Of a stretch of DNA of 64,000 nucleotides, positions 18,026-25,766 are shown in pieces. The stretch is from the NCBI GenBank assembly GCA_016703425.1, contig JADJCA010000011.1, forward strand, positions 314,050-378,049, in the 5' to 3' direction. The first letter of the stretch is position 1, and each line of letters begins with the position of its first letter. Both the position numbers and the translations under genes were made by a program. The notes under the pieces are model-generated. The model ran no database searches and had not been told where the DNA came from. It saw only the letters and a list, made by a program, of their open reading frames with translations. This DNA is from Myxococcales bacterium (lineage in GTDB: Bacteria; Myxococcota_A; Polyangia; Polyangiales; Polyangiaceae).

Positions 18026-19620
18026 TGGAGCTTGGTGAACCCGTTGCGCTTCGTGGCGCCCTTGCTCGGCGGTTTCGCGGTCGGCGCTCGGTCTGCGGGA
18101 CGAAACACCACGAGCGTCGCGAGGTCGGCGCTGGCGGTGCCGCCGTCGAGGACGAGGTCTGCTTCGGCGCTCACGCCGTCGGCGGCAAAGGCCCGCAAGC
18201 GATAAGGAGTCTTTGGCTCAGCCGCGAGCTCAACGACGACGGCGTCGCCGGGCGGCGAGAGCGTTCGCTCGATGTCGTCGACGATGACGCGCGCGGCCAC
18301 GATGGGGAGCTGCACGACCACGCGGCGGGGCTGCGGCGGCGGCAGCGCGATGGCCGACAGCGACGAAGGCGGCTGCGTCGCGGCGACGCGGGACGTCGGC
18401 CTCGTGATGAAGAGGGCGACGAGTGCCAGCACCACGAGGCCGGCTACCGCCAGCAACGCCCAGCGCAACGGAAGGGCCCGGCGCGGCGGTTGAGTCTCTT
18501 CGACGAGGTAGCGGTCGGAAGCGAGCTCGGTGCCAAGCGCGCCAAAGAGCTCCGGCGTGGAGTGCGGCGCCGACGGCACCGGCGAGGGCCTTAGCGTGAG
18601 GCCAGTCGCGACAAACAGCCGTTCCGCTTCGTCGTCGCCCACGACGCGACGAACGGCCTGGTGAAGCACGCGCATGCGCGGGGAGAACACGGCCTCGACG
18701 ACCCGTGTTACCTCCTCACGTCGCGCCACCCGCACGTCGAGAGCCTCGAGGGCCGCGATGAACTCGCCGGCCGAGGGGTAGCGAACCGCGAGGTCGCGAG
18801 ACAACGCGCGCGCGATCACCTCGTCGAGGACCGCCGGCACGTGCGACGCGCCAACGCTCCGGAGCCGCGGGATGTTGTTGTGGAGCACCGCGGCGAGGAC
18901 CTGCGCCGGCTCTTCGCCGCGAAAGAGGCGGCGCCCCGCGAGCGTCTCCCAGAGCACGACGCCCATGGCGAAGACGTCGCTCTGGACCGTGCAAATGCGC
19001 CTGGCGTCGACGCGCTCCGGCGCCATGTAGGCGAGCTTGCCCTTGACCTCGTGCGTCCGTGTAACCTGCACGCGATGGTCGGCTTTCGCCACACCGAAGT
19101 CGGTGAGCCGAGACAGCCCGTCAGCGCCGACGAGGACGTTGTGCGGGCTCACGTCGCGGTGGATGATCCCAAGTGGCGTTCCGCCTTCGTCGGCGAGCTC
19201 GTGCGCCGCACGCAGACCCAGGAGGGCGTCGAGCGCGATGCGCATCGCGACGGGCACGTCGAGGGCGCGGCCCGCGTCGGCCAACTGGCGGCGAAGCTCG
19301 ACGAGGGAGGCGCCTTCGACGTAGTCCATGACGACGAAGGGGACGTCGCCGTCGAAGCCGAGTTCGCGAACGCGGACCACGTTGGGGTGACGGATGGCCG
19401 ACGCGAGGCGCGCCTCGTCGACGAGCATCGACACGTAGACGGGATCGCGAACGAGGTGCGGGTGCGGTCGCTTCAGCGCCACCAGCGGCAACGCCGGTAG
19501 CGCCGCGCGCGCCAGGTACACGGTCGCCATGCCGCCGGCGGCAAGCTCCACGAGAAGCTCGTAGCCGGAGACGGTCCCGGCCGGCGCCGCTCTCGTCTGT
19601 GCGATTTCCCGAGTCTCCAA
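18022..19620 (-). CDS. Serine/threonine protein kinase with a C-terminal TM and extracytoplasmic domain.
   Basis: Kinase motifs: GGMATVYLA, ALKRPHP, HRDVSPHNVLV, DFGVAK, LAYMAPER. Hydrophobic stretch LLAVAGLVVLALVALFI. Confidence 0.85.
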   Translation of the reverse strand: METREIAQTRAAPAGTVSGYELLVELAAGGMATVYLARAALPALPLVALKRPHPHLVRDPVYVSMLVDEARLASAIRHPNVVRVRELGFDGDVPFVVMDYVEGASLVELRRQLADAGRALDVPVAMRIALDALLGLRAAHELADEGGTPLGIIHRDVSPHNVLVGADGLSRLTDFGVAKADHRVQVTRTHEVKGKLAYMAPERVDARRICTVQSDVFAMGVVLWETLAGRRLFRGEEPAQVLAAVLHNNIPRLRSVGASHVPAVLDEVIARALSRDLAVRYPSAGEFIAALEALDVRVARREEVTRVVEAVFSPRMRVLHQAVRRVVGDDEAERLFVATGLTLRPSPVPSAPHSTPELFGALGTELASDRYLVEETQPPRRALPLRWALLAVAGLVVLALVALFITRPTSRVAATQPPSSLSAIALPPPQPRRVVVQLPIVAARVIVDDIERTLSPPGDAVVVELAAEPKTPYRLRAFAADGVSAEADLVLDGGTASADLATLVVFRPADRAPTAKPPSKGATKRNGFTKLQ

Positions 19621-19648
19621 GAGGTGCCTGATCTGGTATCACCGAACC

Positions 19649-20317
19649 ATGACGACCTCCTCGCGGTCCACTACGTCCCGTCCTCGTCTCGGCGCCAACC
19701 CTGGTTCGGTGGGCCGCCTCGTCGTCCTCTTGGTCGGCTTCGCGGCAGCCTGCGGCGGCGGCTCAGCCATCGGCCCGGCCGGGTCCGTGGAGCCGACGGC
19801 GCCGCCCGGCGCGACGCCGCCGCCCTCGGGCGGCGTGGACCCGAGCAAGGGCGGCGGGCCGACGACGTCCACAACGCCGGCCAGCTCCACGCTCCCCGAC
19901 GGCGGTGAGCTTCAAGGCGCCAAGCTCCAGTCGGCCACGAAGACAACGACGATCGAGACCAAGGGCGAGAGCGGACCCAAGGGCGGCTCGCAGGAGCCCG
20001 GTCGGCGGCGCGAAGACATCCAGGCCGTTATTGTGGCGCGGCGCGACGACGCCCGGAAGTGTTACGACGACGCGCTCAAGGCGCATCCGGGCATCGAAGG
20101 AGACTTGGTCGTCAAGTGGACCATCGATCCGAAGGGACAGCCGACGGACGTCGCGGTGGACGACGGCAAGAGCCAGATCCACGAGCCTTCGGTGGGCCAA
20201 TGTGTCGTGGACATCATCAAGAAGATCAAGTTCGCCGAAAGCGCCAAGGGCTTCGAGACGCGAACGAACTACCCGTTCAATTTCAGGCCGCGGGGCCCGC
20301 AGCCGGCGAAGAAGTAA
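19649..20317 (+). CDS. Lipoprotein with an AgmX/PglI-type (TonB-C-like) C-terminal domain.
   Basis: Lipobox LLVGFAAACGGG. C-terminal domain REDIQAVIVARRDDARKCYDDALKAHPGIEGDLVVKWTIDPKGQP...GQCVVDIIKKIKFAESAKGFETRTNYPFNF matches the myxobacterial AgmX/PglI C-terminal domain pattern. Confidence 0.6.
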   Translation: MTTSSRSTTSRPRLGANPGSVGRLVVLLVGFAAACGGGSAIGPAGSVEPTAPPGATPPPSGGVDPSKGGGPTTSTTPASSTLPDGGELQGAKLQSATKTTTIETKGESGPKGGSQEPGRRREDIQAVIVARRDDARKCYDDALKAHPGIEGDLVVKWTIDPKGQPTDVAVDDGKSQIHEPSVGQCVVDIIKKIKFAESAKGFETRTNYPFNFRPRGPQPAKK

Positions 20318-20333
20318 GGGCGCGGCGGGCAGG

Positions 20334-21206
20334 TTAGGACGGCGGCGCGCCGGGAAGCACGACCTTCGCGAGAAGCCCCCATTGCGTCCACCAGGCGAAC
20401 CACGCCGCGAGTTTTTGAGAGACGTCTTCTTCCGTGAGCCCCATCGCGAGGGCTCGCTCGCACGCTTGTCCCAGCGGGAGCCCCTCCTTCAAGGCGGCGA
20501 GCACAGCGTGCGAGGCCGGCTCGAGCTCGTAGGAGCGGAGAGCGTCGCCGACGCGAAAGATCGCCAAGTGCACCTCGCGCTCGGCGGGCCGCGGCACCTC
20601 CGGGGCGCGACCCTCGGCGCGCACCGCTTCGCGGAAGTCATGGGTAGCAAACCGTGTGACCACGAGCCGAAGCGGCGCCTGGAGCTCAAAGCGCGCGAGG
20701 AGTACCGCGTCGGGCGCGGCCGTCGCGAGAGGCGTGGCATCGAACGGCGTGGGGTCGGCGGCGTGGTACGCGTCGATGAAAGCCCACTCGATGCGCGCAC
20801 ACTCGGCAAGCAGAGGGTCGTTGGAATACGGCAGCTCGCTCGCGACAAAGCGCTCCATGTCCTCGCTCAAGAAGCGCAGGTCGTGGTGGGAGGGCGGAAA
20901 GCGCTCCAGGTATCGCTCTCGAGCGCGCGGAAGCCGTCCCCCCAAGAGCTGGACGAGCGTCGGGAAGTCCTCTTTCAGTGAAGCGATGTGACGGAGCCAA
21001 AACTGCTCGCGGTAGACGTCGACCTGCTCGATGGGCGAAAGCGTGCGGCTGCCACGCGCGAGGGCGCTAACGGCGGCAGTGTCCGCGTCCAGGGCGAGCG
21101 GGAGCGGCCGCCTGATGGCCTCGGCGAGCAGGGCCTGAGCGCGGAGCAAAGACTCCGGAGGCGTGGGCTCCTTCGGGAACGCGTCGGCCTCGTCGACGAT
21201 GCTCAC
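20334..21206 (-). CDS. DUF2063-family partner protein of an MNIO (DUF692) enzyme (BufC/TglI-like, RRE-containing).
   Basis: N-terminal DUF2063 signature region ...IEQVDVYREQFWLRHIASLKEDFPTLVQLLGGRLPRARERYLERFPPSHHDLRFLSEDMERFV. Start overlaps the stop of the DUF692 gene. Confidence 0.75.
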   Translation of the reverse strand: MSIVDEADAFPKEPTPPESLLRAQALLAEAIRRPLPLALDADTAAVSALARGSRTLSPIEQVDVYREQFWLRHIASLKEDFPTLVQLLGGRLPRARERYLERFPPSHHDLRFLSEDMERFVASELPYSNDPLLAECARIEWAFIDAYHAADPTPFDATPLATAAPDAVLLARFELQAPLRLVVTRFATHDFREAVRAEGRAPEVPRPAEREVHLAIFRVGDALRSYELEPASHAVLAALKEGLPLGQACERALAMGLTEEDVSQKLAAWFAWWTQWGLLAKVVLPGAPPS

Positions 21207-22125
21207 GGCTCACCGCCGAGCGAGTGGGCGACTTCACGGGAAGGCGCTGTGGGTCCCAGAGGTCCCAGCACCTCGCGCCGAACCTTCCGAGCTAGCGAGG
21301 CCTCAGCCGCCAGCGTCGCCCAAGGCGGGATGTCCTCATCCCACTCGATGAGCGTAGAGACGGCGCCGGTCCGCGCGAGGGCTCGACGATAGAGCGCCCA
21401 AACAGGATCCGACACCTTGTCGGAGTGCGTGTCGAGGAGATACTTGCCCTTGTCGGTGTGCCCCGCGAGGTGCATCTGAATGACCCGATCGCCGGCGACG
21501 GTATCGATGTATCGCTCTGCGTCGAAGCCGTGGTTCTGCGCGCTCACGAAGACGTTGTTGCAGTCGAGGAGGACGCCGCAGTCGGCGCGGTGAGCCAGCT
21601 CCGCCACGAACTCGTCTTCCGGCATGCCGTCGCTCACAAAGGTCATGTAGCTCGACGCGTTCTCGATGCCGAAGGGCAAGCCGACGAAGTCCTGCACGCA
21701 CCTTATGCGGTCGGCGATGTAGCGGAGGTTCTCCTTGGTGAACGGGAGCGGCAAGAGATCATGCAGCTGAGATGACGCCGTGCCGGTCCAGCAGAGGTGG
21801 TCGGTGAACCAAGCGGGGCGCACGCGCTCGGCGAGAACGCGAAGCTCCTTCAAGTAGTCGCGGTCGAGCGGTCTTGAGGAGCCGATGGAGAGCGAGACCC
21901 CGTGGAGAACGACGGGGCGTCGGTCGAGAAGTTTCGAGAGATTGCTGAGGGGGCGCCCACCCTCGAGCATGAAGTTTTCGCTGATGACCTCGAACCAATC
22001 GATTTCCGAGAGCGGGTCACCGGGGGTGCGTCGTCGCGCTCGCCAAAGATGTCCGGGTAGTGGCGCGGTCTCGCGCCGACGCCAACACCCAAGTCCGGGA
22101 TGCGGTGCCGCTCTCTGAAGCCCAT
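21203..22125 (-). CDS. DUF692 / multinuclear non-heme iron-dependent oxidase (MNIO; MbnB/TglH/BufB family); apparent 1-nt frameshift at a C5 homopolymer (~22002-22006).
   Basis: Track ORFs 21850..22125 (MGFRERHRIPDLGVGVGARPRHYPDIFGERDDAPP...) and 21203..21970 (...MLEGGRPLSNLSKLLDRRPVVLHGVSLSIGSS...) join after a single-base shift to give ...HYPDIFGERDDAPPGDPLSEIDWFEVISENFMLEGGRP... This matches the conserved DUF692 N-terminus (GLGLR..H...VDWFEVISENF). Downstream: TIM-barrel-like ...GLPFGIENASSYM..., ...HLAGH... . Confidence 0.75.
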
Positions 22126-22147
22126 GCGCCGGACACTAGCGCGATTT

Positions 22148-22188
22148 CACAAAAGAGAAACGCCAGGCCGACCGAAGCCGACCTGGCG
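22148..22188 (-). terminator. Attenuator / partial intrinsic terminator hairpin between the precursor gene and the MNIO gene.
   Basis: On the coding (minus) strand: CGCCAGGUCGGCUUCGGUCGGCCUGGCG (7-bp GC-rich outer stem) followed by UUUCUCUUUUGUG. Lies 40 nt after the precursor stop and ~25 nt before the DUF692 start. Confidence 0.4.
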
Positions 22189-22228
22189 AGTCTCAAGGGA
22201 GCGTGCCGACGTTACCGTCGGCGACGAC

Positions 22229-22462
22229 TCACTTCTTTGCGCTGCAGCCTTCCTTCTTGTCACCGCCGGGAGCCGCGGGGGCCGCCGGGGCGCCGGGCGC
22301 CGCGGCCGCGCCGCTGCAGGAACCCTTGCCGCTGCAGGAGGCCTTCGCGCCGGGGGCGGCAACGTCCGTCGGAGCCTTCGGGGGCTCGGGAGCGCCGCCG
22401 CAAGCCGCGAGCGAGCCCATGAGGATTCCGGAGACTGCAGTAATCGCGAGCGCCTTGTTCAT
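22229..22462 (-). CDS. Candidate MNIO substrate precursor: 77-aa Cys-containing peptide with a lipoprotein signal peptide.
   Basis: MNKALAITAVSGILMGSLAACGG (lipobox LAAC) then Pro/Ala/Gly-rich core ...KASCSGKGSCSGAAAAPGAPAAPAAPGGDKKEGCSAKK with three additional Cys in C-S-G / C-S-A contexts. RBS GAGAGG 8 nt upstream. Immediately 5' of the DUF692/DUF2063 genes on the same strand. Confidence 0.6.
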   Translation of the reverse strand: MNKALAITAVSGILMGSLAACGGAPEPPKAPTDVAAPGAKASCSGKGSCSGAAAAPGAPAAPAAPGGDKKEGCSAKK

Positions 22463-22605
22463 GATGTCAAACCTCTCTCAGCGCCGGCACTTCACCGGCA
22501 AACGTGAGCGCCGCGCTGGGCGCCATACTCCGGAGCTTCGTGGGCTCCGGGCCCTCGCCAACAGCATGCTGGCTAAAGCGAGGGCGAAGCCTAGCGGCCA
22601 TCTCG

Positions 22606-22640
22606 TGATTTGCGCCACTTTTTTTTTGCTTGCTAGATTT
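22606..22640. promoter_or_regulatory. AT-rich divergent promoter region (T9 run, TTGCTTGCTAGATTTG).
   Basis: cactttttttttgcttgctagatttgtgcgaaagg is strongly AT-biased in a ~70% GC background. It lies between the divergently oriented precursor/MNIO operon and the + strand hypothetical gene. Confidence 0.35.
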
Positions 22641-22718
22641 GTGCGAAAGGTCTGCGCGTTCGTGGCTTCGCCAGTCGGTTGTCGCTGGTCTGCTGTGTCC
22701 CGTACGATTCGGGGACCC

Positions 22719-24332
22719 GTGGTTAGCCTCCTTACCCGCCCGTCGTTGCCGCCGGGACGCGACATCTTCTCCGATCTGCTCGGTGAGGTACGTTCCGCTC
22801 GGCGCGAGGACACGCTCGCGCGCGAAGAGTGGTTTGGTCGCCTTGCGGGGCCCGGTGAGAACGAGCGACTCGTCGCGACAGCGAACGTCTTTGAGCTCGA
22901 TACACTCCTCAAGGGGCTCCTTACGTTCAAGAACCCCAGGAATCACCCGGGCCCCTCCAAGCGCACAACGCCGGTGGTGGCCCAAGACTTCCGCGAGCAG
23001 CTCGTCTTCGTGGCGGAAGGCCTCGAGCGACTCCTCGACCTCACCCGGGCGCTCGTCCCTGAGGGGACGTCACGCGCGAAGGTCTTCGAGGAGTACCTCG
23101 CCTCCATGGCGCAAGAGGACGAGACCGGTAGCCCTCACGAGGACGCGCAAACACCCGACCAGGCACTCCTCCAGCTCCGAGCCGCGCTCGCGAACCACCA
23201 TGAGATCGGCGCTGGCCTCGCGCGCCTGCCGCGCGTGACCTTCCGCCTCTTTCATGCGGTGTTGGCGACGGCGGAGCGAGACGTCTTGAGGTCTCGCTAC
23301 TTTTCGCCGACGGGCCCGCTGGAGTTCCGCCCCGAATACGATCGCATCGAGAGCCGCCAGATCCTCGAGCTTGCCCGCAACGTCCCCGGTGAACAGAGCC
23401 GACAGCTCGTGGCCGTGACCTTCTTGGCGCTGTTTCGCCTCCTTCGGTACGTCGACCTCGCGGACGAAATCGTCCGCCGCCCCGAGGACCCGACGGTGCG
23501 CGGAGCGGCCTTCTTGGTGCTAGCGGTCCTCCGCTCCGACGCGCGCGGGTTGACCGACGAACTGCGGCAGCGGGCGGGTCGGCTTCTCGCCGAAGGCTAC
23601 GAGCGGAGCGTCTTTCGCGTTCACGCGCGGGACGTCGGACGACGCTTCGACGCCCTCCGCGCCGATGGACACAAGATGCTCGAGATCAAAGCCGCGCTCG
23701 AAGGTGTCGCCGCGAACCTCCGCCTCGAGCTTCGGCGAACCTTCGAACACGACTTGATGGCGCCTGAGCTGGCGCCTTCCGTTGACGTCATGCGCGAGCG
23801 CGTGGCGTTGGTGTCGAAGAACCTCAGGCCCGCGTTCCAGAACGCCATCCTCTTCCTGGGGAAGGCGCTGGGCGTTCGCCTCGACGAAGACGGCGTCTTC
23901 GACGACGTGGCGGCCAAGCGCAACCTCTCGGAGCGCTTGCGGCGGGACGTGTGGATGTTTGCGCAGATCGTTCGCGCCTTCTCCGACAAGGCCAACGCCA
24001 GCAAGGGCGCCGAAGTGCCCTGGACTGGACCGTCCCCGCTGCGCTTCGTACGCGAGTTCTTGCGCTACTTCCGAGCCATGGGCGTGCCGCTCTTGCGAGC
24101 GGCCGACTACCCGCGCATCGACGCCTTCATCCAGACGATGAGCGGTCTTGAGGAGGCCGATCTCGTCGAGCCGGGACGGCTCGAGCACGCCGTCGCGGAG
24201 GCTTCCACGTTCCACGCGTTCTTGCTCGAGTTGGTGGCCAGCATCGGTCAACGCGACGAGCTTGTGTCGACGCCCTTCGACAAGCGAGCCGCCGCGCAGG
24301 CGCTCAAGCTCTACCTCGGCGCCGCCGACTGA
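22719..24332 (+). CDS. Hypothetical protein (~537 aa), divergent from the MNIO operon.
   Basis: Track ORF 22203..24332. The first ~170 codons are antisense to the precursor gene and promoter. Protein-like sequence begins around the GTG at 22719 (VVSLLTRPSLPPGRDIFSDLLGEV...). No recognisable motifs. Confidence 0.45.
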   Translation: MVSLLTRPSLPPGRDIFSDLLGEVRSARREDTLAREEWFGRLAGPGENERLVATANVFELDTLLKGLLTFKNPRNHPGPSKRTTPVVAQDFREQLVFVAEGLERLLDLTRALVPEGTSRAKVFEEYLASMAQEDETGSPHEDAQTPDQALLQLRAALANHHEIGAGLARLPRVTFRLFHAVLATAERDVLRSRYFSPTGPLEFRPEYDRIESRQILELARNVPGEQSRQLVAVTFLALFRLLRYVDLADEIVRRPEDPTVRGAAFLVLAVLRSDARGLTDELRQRAGRLLAEGYERSVFRVHARDVGRRFDALRADGHKMLEIKAALEGVAANLRLELRRTFEHDLMAPELAPSVDVMRERVALVSKNLRPAFQNAILFLGKALGVRLDEDGVFDDVAAKRNLSERLRRDVWMFAQIVRAFSDKANASKGAEVPWTGPSPLRFVREFLRYFRAMGVPLLRAADYPRIDAFIQTMSGLEEADLVEPGRLEHAVAEASTFHAFLLELVASIGQRDELVSTPFDKRAAAQALKLYLGAAD

Positions 24333-24464
24333 GCGACACGACGCCGCGACGAAACGGTCGCGTTGGCAGGGGCGTCGCGCCGCGACAAGCGCGTCGCAGC
24401 GACGCCAAAACGCAGCCGATTTCGCGACAGGGATGCCTGGCACGCCCGGTGCTGTTGGCGCGCC

Positions 24465-25766
24465 ATGAACCGCATCAAGGCCGCTGGACTGGCTTTCTCC
24501 ATCGCCCTCACGGGCGCGTGCGCCGCACACGACGACGGCATGACCTCCGAGTCCAACCTCGGCGAGAGCCAAGCTCTCCTCTCGGGAGCTGTCGCGCCGC
24601 GCGCCGCCTTCGGCTCCAACCCCGGCGGGCTCAAGCTCTACGAGTACGTACCGAAGCCGCTCACGGTCGGGGCGCCGCTGGTGCTCGTGCTTCACGGCTG
24701 CACGCAGAGCGCCGCCGACGCGACCCACTGGGGCTGGAACGAGCTGGCCGATCAAGCCGGCTTCGTCGTGGGTTATCCCGAGCAGCAGACGGCGAACAAT
24801 TCGGTGCGCTGCTTCAACTGGGGCGGCGAATACGGCGACCTCGCGAACCTCCAGCGCGGCAAGGGCGAGAACGAGTCGCTGAAGCAAATGGTCTCCGCGC
24901 TGGTTGCCGCGCACGGGCTCGACGCGAAGCGCGTCTACGTGGTGGGCTTCTCGGCGGGGGCCGCCATGGCGCTGGTCGCCGCCGCAGCCTGGCCCGACGT
25001 GTTCGCGGGGGCCGCGTCGCTGTCGGGGATCCCTTACGCGTGCAACGCCACCTACTCGGAGGTCTTCACGTGCCAGAACCCGGGCGTGGACCGGACGCCG
25101 AAAGACTGGGGCGATCGCGTGCGGAAAGCGTTTCCGAGCTTCAGTGGCTCGTTCCCAAAGGTGAGCGTTTGGCAGGGCGCGACCGATACGACGGTCGGCA
25201 CCAAAAACCGACGTGAGATCGTCAAGCAATGGACGAACGTCCACGGCGCGTCCGACACCGCGACGTCGACGGACACGGTCGATGGCGCGAAGCGCGAGCG
25301 CTTCGCCGACGGCACCGGAAAGATCGTCGTCGAGAGCTACGAGGTCCCGGGCATGACCCACGGCGTGTCGGTCGCGCCGTCGCAAGGTTGCGGCAAGGTT
25401 GCCGCCTACTCCTTCGACAAGGGAATCTGCACGTCGCGCCGCGTCGCTGAGTTCTTCGGCCTCGTGGCGGCCGCGCCGCCAGCCCTCTTGCCAGACGGCG
25501 GCATCGCGCCTCCTTCTCCGGCCACCCTGCCGGACGGCGGCGTCGCACCGAGCGGCGCACAGGGCGGCGCGCCTGCTGCCGGTGGAGCGTCAGGCAAAGG
25601 CGCGGGAGCGACGACGAACGACACGCCCAGCGACCCGCGCACGGCGGCGAGCACCTGCGGCGTTTCGTCGACGCGGGCGCCGGGCTCCTTCGCGCTCGCG
25701 GTCGTCGGCCTCTTTGGTCTAGGCCTCGTGTCGCGCCGAACGCGACGCTCGCGAGGTGCCGCATGA
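24465..25766 (+). CDS. Esterase, PHB-depolymerase family, with a MYXO-CTERM sorting signal.
   Basis: Signal peptide MNRIKAAGLAFSIALTGACAA. LVLVLHGCTQSAAD...GWNELADQAGFVVGYPEQ...CFNW matches esterase_phb (extracellular PHB depolymerase) family motifs. GFSAG nucleophile elbow. C-terminus ...CGVSSTRAPGSFALAVVGLFGLGLVSRRTRRSR is a MYXO-CTERM tail. Confidence 0.8.
   Translation: MNRIKAAGLAFSIALTGACAAHDDGMTSESNLGESQALLSGAVAPRAAFGSNPGGLKLYEYVPKPLTVGAPLVLVLHGCTQSAADATHWGWNELADQAGFVVGYPEQQTANNSVRCFNWGGEYGDLANLQRGKGENESLKQMVSALVAAHGLDAKRVYVVGFSAGAAMALVAAAAWPDVFAGAASLSGIPYACNATYSEVFTCQNPGVDRTPKDWGDRVRKAFPSFSGSFPKVSVWQGATDTTVGTKNRREIVKQWTNVHGASDTATSTDTVDGAKRERFADGTGKIVVESYEVPGMTHGVSVAPSQGCGKVAAYSFDKGICTSRRVAEFFGLVAAAPPALLPDGGIAPPSPATLPDGGVAPSGAQGGAPAAGGASGKGAGATTNDTPSDPRTAASTCGVSSTRAPGSFALAVVGLFGLGLVSRRTRRSRGAA

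Noticed and set aside
23520-25385. 621-aa minus-strand ORF
   Set aside because: Antisense to the hypothetical 22719-24332 gene and the esterase. Arg-rich low-complexity translation.
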